In this document: piece by piece, positions 47,261 to 56,063 of the stretch
Position numbering within the stretch: position 1 is the first letter of the stretch
Layout of the letters: each line of letters starts with the position of its first letter
NCBI GenBank assembly: GCA_963700145.1
Contig: OY969474.1
Location: 2,272,001-2,336,000 of the forward strand
Direction: 5' to 3'
Source of the DNA: an uncultured Acidobacteriota bacterium
GTDB taxonomy: Bacteria; Acidobacteriota; Thermoanaerobaculia; Multivoradales; UBA5704
DNA length: 64,000 nt
Notes under the pieces: model-generated
What the model saw: the letters and a program-made list of their open reading frames with translations, nothing else
What the model was told of the DNA's origin: nothing
The model's database searches: none
Translations under genes and position numbers: made by a program

Positions 47261-49788
47261 CCGCCGGCACCGCCTGGCGCCAGATGCTCCGCGAGTCGCG
47301 CGGCGCGCGCGGCCGGCTCGCCTTCTTCGTCGCCTGCCTGGGCGTCGGCGTGGCGGCGGTCGTCGCGGTCGCCGGGCTTTCGGCCAGCCTCGATCAGGGG
47401 ATCCGCAGCGAGGCGCGCCAGCTCCTCGCCGCCGACCTGGCGGTCGAGTCGATCCGGCCGCTGCCGCCGGCGATCGAGCGCGCGGCCGCCGCCCTCCCCG
47501 GCGCGCAGACCACGCGCGTGCGCGAGCTGGTGACCGTCGTCGCCGCGCCGCTGCGCGCCGGCGGCGCCCCCGGCCCCAGCCAGCTCGTCGAGCTCAAGGC
47601 GGTGGACGGCCACTACCCGTTCTACGGCATCCTCGAAGTCGAGCCGCGCCGGCCGCTCGCCGCGCTGCTGGCGCCCGACACCGCCGTCGCCGCCCCCGAG
47701 CTGCTGGCCAAGCTCGGCGTGCCGGTGGGCGGCACCATCCGCATCGGCGGCCGCGACTTCCGCGTTGCCGGCACGGTGCGTGCCGAGCCCGACCGGCTGA
47801 GCATCTCGCCGAGCCTCGGCCCGCGCGTCTTCCTCTCCGGCGCCGGGCTCGCGCGCGCCAACCTCCTGGGACGCGGCAGCCGCGTCGAGCACCGCCTCCT
47901 CGTCAAGCTCCCGGACGGCGAGGCACCGGGGCGGGTGGCGGTGGCTGCTGCGCAGCTCCGCCGCGCCGCCGGCGCCGCCAACGTGCGCGTCGAGACCTAC
48001 AAGGAGGCGCAGCCCAACCTGCGCGAGGCGCTCGGCGACATCGAGCGCTTCCTCGGCCTCGTCGCCCTGCTGTCGCTCTTCATCGGCGGCATCGGCGTGG
48101 CGCAGAGCGTGCGCGCCTGGCTGGCCGGGCGGCTCGACGCGATCGCGGTCTTGAAGTGCCTCGGCATGCGGCCGCGCGAGGTGCTCGGGCTCTACCTCGG
48201 CCAGACGGTGCTGCTTGGCCTCGCCGGCAGCGTGGCCGGGATCGTCGCCGGCGCCGCGGTGCAGCTGGCGCTGCCGCCGCTCTTCCCCGACCTGATCCCG
48301 GCCGAGCTGATCCGCCCCTGGCAGCCGCTGGCGCTGCTGCGCGGGCTGGGGCTGGGGGTCGGCGTCGCCGTCCTCTTCAGCCTGCTGCCGCTGGCCGACG
48401 TGCTGCGCGTGCCGCCGGCGCGCGTCCTGCGCCGCGACGCCGAGCCGCTGCCGCGCACCCGGTGGCTGGCGGCGGCGACGCTCGCCGCCCTGGTCGCCGG
48501 CGTGCTGGGGATGGCGGCGGCGCAGTCGGGCTCGTGGGAGCTGGGCGCGCGCTTCACCGGCGGCCTGGCGGTCGCGGCGGGGCTCCTCTGGCTCGGCGCC
48601 TTCGCCGTCACCCGCGGCGTCGCGCGGCTGCCGCGCGAGCGCGGCGGCCTCGCGGTGCGCCACGGACTGGCCGCGCTCGGCCGGCCGGGGGCGGCGACGG
48701 TCGGGGCGATCGTCGCCCTCGGGCTCGGCGTCCTGGTGGTGCTCGGGATGTGGCTCGTCGAGCGGCGCCTGAGCGAGGAGCTGGCCGCCGACCTCCCGGC
48801 CGGCGCGCCGAGCGCCTTCCTGATCGACGTCCAGCCCGACCAGTGGCCGGGGGTGCGGGCGATCCTCCAGCGCGAGGGGGCCGAGCACATCGACTCGGTG
48901 CCGGTGGTGACGGCGCGCCTGCTGGCGGTCAACGGCCGCAGCGTCGAGCAGATCGCGCGCGGCGACCGCGAGCGGCGCTGGGCGCTGACCCGCGAGCAGC
49001 GGCTGACCTATCTGCGCGAGCTGCCGGACGACAACAAGTTGGTGGCCGGCGCCCTCTGGCGCGACCCGCGGCGCGCCGAGGTGAGTGTGGAGCAGGACTT
49101 TGCGCGCGACCTGGGGGTCGGGCTCGGCGGGACGCTCGGCTTCGACATCCAGGGGGTGCCGCTGGAGCTCGTGGTGACGAGCCTGCGGACGGTGGACTGG
49201 CGGAACTTCCGGATCAATTTCTTCCTGGTCGCCGAGCCGGGGGTGCTGGAGACAGCGCCGCAGATGCGGCTGGCCGCGGCCGAGCTGCCGCGCGGGCGCG
49301 AGCAGCGGGTGCAGGACCTGATCGCGGCGCGCTACCCGAACGTGACGCTGATCCGGGTGCGGGAGGTGCTGGAGAAGGTGATGGCGGTGCTGGAGCGGAT
49401 CGGGCTGGGGATCCGGTTCCTCGGCGGGTTCACGGTGCTGGCGGGGATCGCGATTCTGGCCGGCGCGGTGGCGGCGGGGGCGGCGCGGCGGGGGCGGGAG
49501 GTGGCGCTGCTGAAGACGCTGGGGATGACGCGGCGCGGGGTGGCGGCGGCGTATGCGGTGGAGTACGCGCTGATCGGGTTGGTGGCAGGGGTGATCGGGG
49601 CGGGGGGTGGGGCGCTGCTGGCCTGGCGGGTGTTGACGGAAGGCTTCGAGATGAGCTGGCGGTTCCAGCCGGCGGCGGTAGGGGCGGCTGTGGCGGGGAC
49701 GGCGCTGCTGACGGTGTTGGCTGGGCTCGGAGCTAGCTGGCGGGCGCTGGAGCGGCGGCCTATCGAAGTGCTGCGCAGCGACTCGTAG
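47257..49788 (+). CDS. ABC transporter permease, YbbP-like (FtsX family)
   Basis: Two FtsX-type halves; ELKAVD..YPFYG, FLIDVQPDQ, FRINF. Confidence 0.9.
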   Translation: MTAGTAWRQMLRESRGARGRLAFFVACLGVGVAAVVAVAGLSASLDQGIRSEARQLLAADLAVESIRPLPPAIERAAAALPGAQTTRVRELVTVVAAPLRAGGAPGPSQLVELKAVDGHYPFYGILEVEPRRPLAALLAPDTAVAAPELLAKLGVPVGGTIRIGGRDFRVAGTVRAEPDRLSISPSLGPRVFLSGAGLARANLLGRGSRVEHRLLVKLPDGEAPGRVAVAAAQLRRAAGAANVRVETYKEAQPNLREALGDIERFLGLVALLSLFIGGIGVAQSVRAWLAGRLDAIAVLKCLGMRPREVLGLYLGQTVLLGLAGSVAGIVAGAAVQLALPPLFPDLIPAELIRPWQPLALLRGLGLGVGVAVLFSLLPLADVLRVPPARVLRRDAEPLPRTRWLAAATLAALVAGVLGMAAAQSGSWELGARFTGGLAVAAGLLWLGAFAVTRGVARLPRERGGLAVRHGLAALGRPGAATVGAIVALGLGVLVVLGMWLVERRLSEELAADLPAGAPSAFLIDVQPDQWPGVRAILQREGAEHIDSVPVVTARLLAVNGRSVEQIARGDRERRWALTREQRLTYLRELPDDNKLVAGALWRDPRRAEVSVEQDFARDLGVGLGGTLGFDIQGVPLELVVTSLRTVDWRNFRINFFLVAEPGVLETAPQMRLAAAELPRGREQRVQDLIAARYPNVTLIRVREVLEKVMAVLERIGLGIRFLGGFTVLAGIAILAGAVAAGAARRGREVALLKTLGMTRRGVAAAYAVEYALIGLVAGVIGAGGGALLAWRVLTEGFEMSWRFQPAAVGAAVAGTALLTVLAGLGASWRALERRPIEVLRSDS

Positions 49789-49820
49789 TGCCCGGCCTAC
49801 GCCGGGTTCAGCCTTCAGCA

Positions 49821-49847
49821 TGTCATCCTGAGCGCAGCGAAGGATCT
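49821..49847 (+). repeat. GTCATCCTGAGC-type palindromic repeat arm
   Basis: TGTCATCCTGAGCGCAGCGAAGGATCT. Confidence 0.8.
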
Positions 49848-49891
49848 GGGGGCAGGGGCCTTCGCGGTCGGGGCCACGCGGCCGGGGGGCC

Positions 49892-50052
49892 GCCGTTCGC
49901 GGGGTGCCGCTCCCGGGAACCGGCGCGCGCTTTTGGGAATGCCGGGGGTGGGCGCGCGCCTGCGCTTCGCTGCGCGCGGGATCGTTCGCGGACTGCTTAT
50001 GTCTTGCCGGCGCTTGCGAAGAGCTTCCCGGGAGCGGCACCCCGCGAACGGC
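49892..50052 (+). repeat. 161-bp structured repeat, copy C
   Basis: Perfect 28-bp terminal IR; overlaps the YfhO-like gene stop. Confidence 0.8.
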
Positions 50053-52369
50053 TTCGTAACGCCAGGATGGTCGCTGCGAACGACCCTGTGAAGAAGAAGG
50101 CCCAGCCGACCAGCCAACCGATCGGGCGGTAGTCGAGAAGCACGCGGTGTTGGCCTGCGGGGACGGCGAAGGCTAGAAAAGCTCCGTTGGCGCGGAGGAG
50201 GGAAAGGGGGTTGCCGTCTAGCGTGGCGCGCCAGCCGCGGGCTTGGCTGACGCTTGAGACCACTACCCCACCCAGCCCTTCCACGGTCAGCTCGAAGCCG
50301 TTCGGTCGCACGCGGAGAATCCGTACCGCGCCGCGTTGCGCGCCTGCGCGTGGCGTTCCCTCGACCGCAGCTGTCGCAGCGAAGTCCGGGTTGGCGCGAG
50401 CGCGGGCCAGGGCTTCCTGTTGGCCTCCTACCTGCTCGACATTCGCCGGCATGAAGAAGAGCGGCAGGGCTTCCGGGTTCTCCCACACTCGCCCGCCTTG
50501 GTGGTTGAAGACGGAACGCCAGGGAAGTGGGACGCGGGCACGGTGGCGGGTCAGGAGGTAGCGGACGGAGAGGTAGTTCTCGAGTGCCGGGTCGCGGCGG
50601 GGGCCGTGGAGGACTAGGCGGCCTACTTTGTGGTGGGGGCGTAGGCGGGTGCCGATGAGGGCGCTGGGGGCGGCGGGGGACATGGGGTCGTGGGCACGGG
50701 CGTCCCAGATGCCGTCTAGGGAGGCGAGGTTGGGCATCAGGTCGCGGCCGTCGGCGAGGACGCGGTGGGGCGGGCCCTCGCGGGCGCGATCGGCGAGCCA
50801 GGCGACGACGGGGGGCGGGGAGAGGTCGAAGCGCGGGTCGAGGGCGGGGTGGAAGCGGACGCCTAGGAGGAAGAGCTCGACGGCGAGCGCGGCGAGCGCC
50901 ACCTTCGGGAAGGCGGGGCGGAGGCGGGGGACGAGCAGCGCGGCGAGGCAGGCCGCCGCGCCGGCGAGGGCGGCCAGCCACCAGGCGCGGGTCCACGGCG
51001 AGTCTCCGGGCGGCGGCAGCGCGGCGACCGCGATGCCGAGGAGGGCGAAGACGAGGGCGCCCGAGATCACGCCGCCGCGGCGACGGGTAAGAGCCTCGAG
51101 GCTGAGGCCGGCCGCGATGGCCACGGCCAGCACCCAGAGGAGGCGCAGGCGGCCGTGGGCGCCGTGGCCTAGGAGCGGCAACGTCTCCATCACTTGGAAG
51201 AACGGCGGCACGCGCAAGGCGGCGGCGAGGGCCGCGCCCCCGGCGAGGAGGATCGCCAGCACTCGGCCGCGCAGCACGACCGCGCCCGCGATCGCCACCG
51301 CTAGCGCGGCCAAGCCCGCCCAGACGGTGCACAGCTCGTTGAAATTACTTCGGCCCGGCCCTTGCCACGTCCTCTCCCGCGGGCTGCCGTGAACGAGCGG
51401 CTGAAGAACAGGTAGGTGGGTCGCGGGTGACGGCGGGCCGGGCTTGACGATGTTCGGGTTGCGGTGCACCGCTTCCCAGCGCTCGCTCTCCGCCAGCGTC
51501 TCGACGAACGGCAGGAGCGCCGGCGCGGACAGCGCGAAGGTGAGGGCCGCCGCCGCGGCGAGGCGGGCGAGGAAGCGGAGCCGCCCTGCCTCTTTCGCGA
51601 GCAGCAGCGCGACCGTCACTGCCGCGCTCGCCAGCGCGGCGTTGGCGAGGCTCTCAGGGTGCCCGGCGAGGGTCGCCGCGGTGGCGCAGGCGACCAGACC
51701 GGCGAAGCCGCCGCGCTCGCCGCGCCGGAGGAGGACCACACCCAGCAGCACGCCCGGCACCCACGCCGCGACCGCGCCGAGTGGGTGGTAGGCCCAGGCT
51801 ACGGCGTAGCTCGACAGCGCGAAGGCGATGGCGCCGAAGGCGGCGCCGACGCCGCCGGCTCCGAGCCGCAGCAGCAACGCATGCGTGAGGAGGAGCCCGA
51901 CGAGCATCTGCCAGGCGGCGGTCACTGTCAGCGCCGCGAGCGCCGGCCGCGGCAGGGCCAGCAGGTGGAGCGGCGCGAACGGCGCCGACTGGGCGTTGCC
52001 GAGGAGCGGCTGCCCGGTCCCCAGCTCGTGCGCCCAGAGCGGCGCCTCGCCGGCCAGCAGGCGCGCCCGCACTAGGCTGCGGAACGGGAGCATCTGGAGC
52101 GGAACGTCGGAGAGGGTCGGGTTGCCCGGCCGGACCGGCTCCTCCAGCGTCTCCTTCCACGGCAGGTGGAGGTAGGCGATGTCCGTCGCCGCCTGGCTCG
52201 CCGGGGTGGCGAGCGGCACGGCGTAGAAGGCGAAGGCCAGGAGGAGATACCCGCCGGCGCCCCGCCAAGACACCTCCGGCCGCCACCACCGCGCCAGCGC
52301 GCCGAGGAGCAGCCCGCCGGCCAGGAACAGGAGGACGTCGATGCCGAAGACTTTACAGCAGGCCCACAA
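49997..52369 (-). CDS. YfhO-family (GT-C-like) membrane protein
   Basis: PLWAH...GQPLLGNAQ, AGHPE, GWRA..DG, H.V...YRP; start uncertain. Confidence 0.82.
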   Translation of the reverse strand: MWACCKVFGIDVLLFLAGGLLLGALARWWRPEVSWRGAGGYLLLAFAFYAVPLATPASQAATDIAYLHLPWKETLEEPVRPGNPTLSDVPLQMLPFRSLVRARLLAGEAPLWAHELGTGQPLLGNAQSAPFAPLHLLALPRPALAALTVTAAWQMLVGLLLTHALLLRLGAGGVGAAFGAIAFALSSYAVAWAYHPLGAVAAWVPGVLLGVVLLRRGERGGFAGLVACATAATLAGHPESLANAALASAAVTVALLLAKEAGRLRFLARLAAAAALTFALSAPALLPFVETLAESERWEAVHRNPNIVKPGPPSPATHLPVLQPLVHGSPRERTWQGPGRSNFNELCTVWAGLAALAVAIAGAVVLRGRVLAILLAGGAALAAALRVPPFFQVMETLPLLGHGAHGRLRLLWVLAVAIAAGLSLEALTRRRGGVISGALVFALLGIAVAALPPPGDSPWTRAWWLAALAGAAACLAALLVPRLRPAFPKVALAALAVELFLLGVRFHPALDPRFDLSPPPVVAWLADRAREGPPHRVLADGRDLMPNLASLDGIWDARAHDPMSPAAPSALIGTRLRPHHKVGRLVLHGPRRDPALENYLSVRYLLTRHRARVPLPWRSVFNHQGGRVWENPEALPLFFMPANVEQVGGQQEALARARANPDFAATAAVEGTPRAGAQRGAVRILRVRPNGFELTVEGLGGVVVSSVSQARGWRATLDGNPLSLLRANGAFLAFAVPAGQHRVLLDYRPIGWLVGWAFFFTGSFAATILALRSRSRGAAPGKLFASAGKT

Positions 52370-52385
52370 CGTCTCACGAAGAGGA

Positions 52386-52718
52386 CGGAAGGCTTCAGAG
52401 GCAGCCGAGGAAGCTTCCCGACGAGCTGCGGAGGCTTCCCGAGGCGGTCCGGACGCTTCCGGACTCGGTGCGGAAGCTTCCGCAGGTGAACGAGAAGCTT
52501 CCGGACCCGGTGCGGAAGCTTCCGGAGGTGGACGGGAAGCCTCCGGAGGTCGACGGGAAGCATCCCGGGGTGGTCCGGAAGCTTCCTGAGGAGGTCCGGA
52601 AGCCTCCCGAGGCGATCCGGAAGCTTTCGGAGGCGGTCCGGAAGGCTCCTGAGGCGATCCGGAAGCCTCTCGAGGAGGTCTGAAAGGCTTCGGAGGCGGT
52701 CCGGAAGCTTTCGGAGGC
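52386..52718. repeat. Degenerate 21-bp tandem array with palindromic core CGGAAGCTTCCG
   Basis: About 16 units, e.g. CCGGAAGCTTTCGGAGGCGGT. Confidence 0.85.
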
Positions 52719-52734
52719 CCCGCGGCGCCCTCCT

Positions 52735-53676
52735 CTACTCGGGCGGTTCCCCCGCCTGGTCGAGGAGATAGCTCACGGGCACGAAGCGATAGCCCAGCTC
52801 CTGGGCGCGGGGGACTTCGCGGGCGAGGGTTTCCAGCGTCGCGGGGTAGGGGTGGCCGATGGCGATGGCGGCGCCGCGCTGGCGGGCGAGGGCGAGGAGG
52901 CGGGCGAACTCGCGGCGGATGGACGGGGCGGCGGGGTCGGTGTCGAGGAAGACCTGGCGCTCGGCGGCCGGCACGCCGAGGGTGCGCGCCAGCCGGTAGC
53001 CGACGCTCCGCGGGCTGGTGCGCGAGTCGAGGTAGAAGAGGCCGTGCCGCGAGAGGACGCCCAGGATCGACTCCATCGAGCCCGGGTCGGCCGAGAGGCC
53101 GGAGCCCATGTGGTTGTTGACCCCGACCGCGCCGGGGACGGCCGCCAGCGCCGCCTCGGTCGAGGCCTCCAGCTCCGCCGCCGCCATTCCCAATCGCAGC
53201 GCGCCCGGGCCGGGGTCCTGGCCGTTGACCGGCTCCATCGGCAGGTGGCAGAGGACCTCTTCCCCCCGCTCCTTGAGCGCCGCCACGACCGCGGGCGTCT
53301 GCTCCGCGTACGGCAGGACGGCGTACGAGATCGGCACGCCGAGCCGCTCCAGCGCCTCCAGCTCCTCGAGGCGTTCCCCGAGGTCGTCGATGACCAGGGC
53401 GACGTGCGCGCCGTCGCCGGGCTCGATAGGGATCTCGGCGGCCGGCGGCGCGTCCTCCTCACCGGTGCCCTCGCCGCGCGGGGCGGTTGTCTCGCCCTCA
53501 CGCTCGGCGCCGGGGCCGGTGGAGGGCTCGGTCTCGCGGTCCCGCCCCTCGGCGTCCTCCCGCGCCCGGCATCCGGCCGTATAGAAGAGGTAGCCGGCCC
53601 CGGCGAGGACCACCAGCAGCAGGAGGAGGCGGGCGATGGGGTGCCGCGTCCGGCGGCGGGAGCGGCGGCGCGTCAC
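52735..53676 (-). CDS. Divergent polysaccharide deacetylase, YibQ-like
   Basis: IDDLG, HLPMEP, NNHMGS, DSRT, AIGHP. Confidence 0.92.
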   Translation of the reverse strand: MTRRRSRRRTRHPIARLLLLLVVLAGAGYLFYTAGCRAREDAEGRDRETEPSTGPGAEREGETTAPRGEGTGEEDAPPAAEIPIEPGDGAHVALVIDDLGERLEELEALERLGVPISYAVLPYAEQTPAVVAALKERGEEVLCHLPMEPVNGQDPGPGALRLGMAAAELEASTEAALAAVPGAVGVNNHMGSGLSADPGSMESILGVLSRHGLFYLDSRTSPRSVGYRLARTLGVPAAERQVFLDTDPAAPSIRREFARLLALARQRGAAIAIGHPYPATLETLAREVPRAQELGYRFVPVSYLLDQAGEPPE

Positions 53677-53739
53677 GGCGGGGGGACGAAGGGGACGGCG
53701 GCCTGCGGAAGCTGGCGGGCGCGGTTCGCTGACAGCCCG

Positions 53740-54915
53740 TTAGGCCGCCGCCTTGGCCTCTTCGTCCTCGCCACGCAGGTGGCGGAGCCCGCGGCGGAGG
53801 ATCAGCTCTTCGATCGGCGTGTCCTTCTCGAGGAAGGTGCGGCTGCGCTCGTCGACGCGGACGTCGGGCTGCAGGCCGTCGTCGATCGCCGTGCCGTCGG
53901 GGCCGGTGTAGAAGGCGTCGGTGAAGAACAGGCGCCCGCGCGACGACAGCTCGACCGCGGCCGGGCGGCCGGCGTGGCCGAAGGTCGGCTCGCCGACCAG
54001 CTCGGCGGCGGCCCGCTGGCGCAGGACGGTGGCCAGGACCTCGGCCGGTCCGAGGGTGCCGCGGTCGACCAGCACCACGATCTTCCCCTGCCAGAGCGGC
54101 GCCTCGTCGCCGGTGAAGCCGGCCTTCCGCTCCCCCTTCTGGAGGAGGGAGCCGAGCTCGCCGCGGGCGAAGAGCTTCGCCACGTCGTACGCCGCCTCGA
54201 CCTCGCCGCCGCCGACCTGGCGCAGGTCGACCAGGAGCTGCCGCTCGGCGCCGATCGGCCCGAGCGCCGCGCGCACCTGGCCGGCGGTCTCGGCGTGGAA
54301 GGACGGGATGCGCAGCAGCGCCGTCCCTTCCACCCGCTCCAGCGCCGCTCCCGGGTTGTCGAAGCGGCGCAGCTCGAAGGTCACCTGCTGCGGCTCGCCG
54401 AGGCGGATCAGCTCGAGCTCGATCTTGGTGCCCGGCGCCGCGGCCAGCAGCTCCTGCACCTCCCAGAGCGGCATCAGCCGGGTCGAGCGCCCGCCGATCT
54501 CGGAGACGATGTCCCCGGCCTTGACCCCGGCCGCCTGCGCCGGGCTCCCCTTCTCCGCCGAGACGACGTAGGCGACGCCGCGCTCCTTGAGCAGCTCGAG
54601 GCCGCTGTGGAGGCGGCCGATGGCGCGCGCCTTTTGGTAGGACTCGACGTGGCGGGCCGGGACGTAGATCGAGAAGGGGTCGAGGGCGTCGGTGGTGCCG
54701 TCGAGGGCGCCGGCCATCAGCATCTCGACCTCGGGCGCCTCGACGTAGGCCTGCCGCACGTGCGTCAGCACCTCGCTGAAAACCGAGAGGTACTTGTAGA
54801 AGGAGTCCTCCTGCGGCGCCTTCTCCCGCTCGGCGGCGCCGAGCAGCGTGCCGGTCAGGATGGGCAGCACCAGGGCCGCGGAGACGAGGAGGAAGAAGAG
54901 CCGGACTCGAGTCAT
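53740..54915 (-). CDS. S41/CtpA-like PDZ protease homolog, apparently lacking the catalytic dyad
   Basis: LDPFS.Y, PDZ, DLR; TLGPAE and TFGHAG where TASASE and TFGKG are expected. Confidence 0.82.
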   Translation of the reverse strand: MTRVRLFFLLVSAALVLPILTGTLLGAAEREKAPQEDSFYKYLSVFSEVLTHVRQAYVEAPEVEMLMAGALDGTTDALDPFSIYVPARHVESYQKARAIGRLHSGLELLKERGVAYVVSAEKGSPAQAAGVKAGDIVSEIGGRSTRLMPLWEVQELLAAAPGTKIELELIRLGEPQQVTFELRRFDNPGAALERVEGTALLRIPSFHAETAGQVRAALGPIGAERQLLVDLRQVGGGEVEAAYDVAKLFARGELGSLLQKGERKAGFTGDEAPLWQGKIVVLVDRGTLGPAEVLATVLRQRAAAELVGEPTFGHAGRPAAVELSSRGRLFFTDAFYTGPDGTAIDDGLQPDVRVDERSRTFLEKDTPIEELILRRGLRHLRGEDEEAKAAA

Positions 54916-56063
54916 GGTGAGCGCAACCAGGTCAGTGGGTTTTCGGGGCGGTTCTCGACGCGGATCTCGAAGTAGAGCTTGCTGGAAGAGGCTCCCAGAA
55001 CATCGCCCAAGCGTACCATAGCTCCCTGCTCCGTCCGCAGCGCGGAGAGCCCGGCGTAGAGGGTGAAGACGCGCCCCGGATGGTGCACGACGACGGTCGT
55101 CCCGTAGCCCTCGAAGGGGGCGGCGAAGAGGACCTTGCCGGCGAAGACCGCGCGCACTTCCGACCCCGCGGTCGTGGCGAGTGAGACGCCGTTGTGCGGC
55201 ACCCGTGTGCGGTAGCGTGGGTCGAGCCGCGGCCCGAAGCCGGCGATGACGTCGCCGCGCACCGGCCAGTCGAGCACCCCCTTGAAGCGCTGCAGCGGGC
55301 GGCCGGCGAGGCGCTCCGGGTTGCGGCCGTAGAGGAGGTCGAGGAACTCGGCGAGCTGCGCCACCTTACGCTCGAGGTCGCCGGCGCGGGCGGCGAGGAC
55401 GCCGCGCTCGCGCTCGGCGGCGTCGAGGAGGCCGGCCTGGCGGCGGCGGGCCGAGAGGAGGTAGAGGCGGCGGCCGCTCTCGCGCGCGATCCAGGTCTCC
55501 AGCTCGGCGCGCTGGGCGAGGAGGGCGCGGCGCTCGGTTTCGAGACGCGCGCGGGCGGCGGTGTGGCGGTCGATCGCGGCGCGGTCGCGGCGCGCGAGGT
55601 AGCGCACCCAGCGGACGGCGGGGACGACCTCGGAGGCCGGGCGCATCGAGAGGAGGAGCCGCAGGTAGCCCTGGCGGCCGAGCCGGTAGAGACCGGTCAA
55701 GCGCCGGCGGAGGTCGCGCCGGCTGGCGGCGAGCGCCGCCTCGAGGCGCGCCACCTCGATCTCGCCCGCCCGCACCTTCTGCTCCGCCAGGTCCCGCGCC
55801 GCCGCCGCCTCGGCCAGCCGCCGCGCCTGGAGCTCCAGCTCGAGGTCCGTCGCCGCCAGCTCCCCCCGCAGCCCACTCTGCCGAGCCCGCGCCCCCGCCA
55901 GCCGCGCCTCGATCCGCTGGATCTCCGCGCGAAGCGCCGCCAGCTCCTGCTCGCGCGACGGGGGCTGGGGCGGGGCCTGCGAGGCGATGGGCGCGACGAC
56001 CACGAGCGCCCCGAGCGCGACTGCGACGAGGTTCCTGACGGCGCGCGCCCGCAGCCTGCTCAC
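54912..56063 (-). CDS. envC: EnvC-like murein hydrolase activator
   Basis: Coiled coil plus degenerate M23 domain (HNGVS, LYAG, LYFEIR); conserved position upstream of ctpA/yibQ-like genes. Confidence 0.82.
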   Translation of the reverse strand: MSRLRARAVRNLVAVALGALVVVAPIASQAPPQPPSREQELAALRAEIQRIEARLAGARARQSGLRGELAATDLELELQARRLAEAAAARDLAEQKVRAGEIEVARLEAALAASRRDLRRRLTGLYRLGRQGYLRLLLSMRPASEVVPAVRWVRYLARRDRAAIDRHTAARARLETERRALLAQRAELETWIARESGRRLYLLSARRRQAGLLDAAERERGVLAARAGDLERKVAQLAEFLDLLYGRNPERLAGRPLQRFKGVLDWPVRGDVIAGFGPRLDPRYRTRVPHNGVSLATTAGSEVRAVFAGKVLFAAPFEGYGTTVVVHHPGRVFTLYAGLSALRTEQGAMVRLGDVLGASSSKLYFEIRVENRPENPLTWLRSP

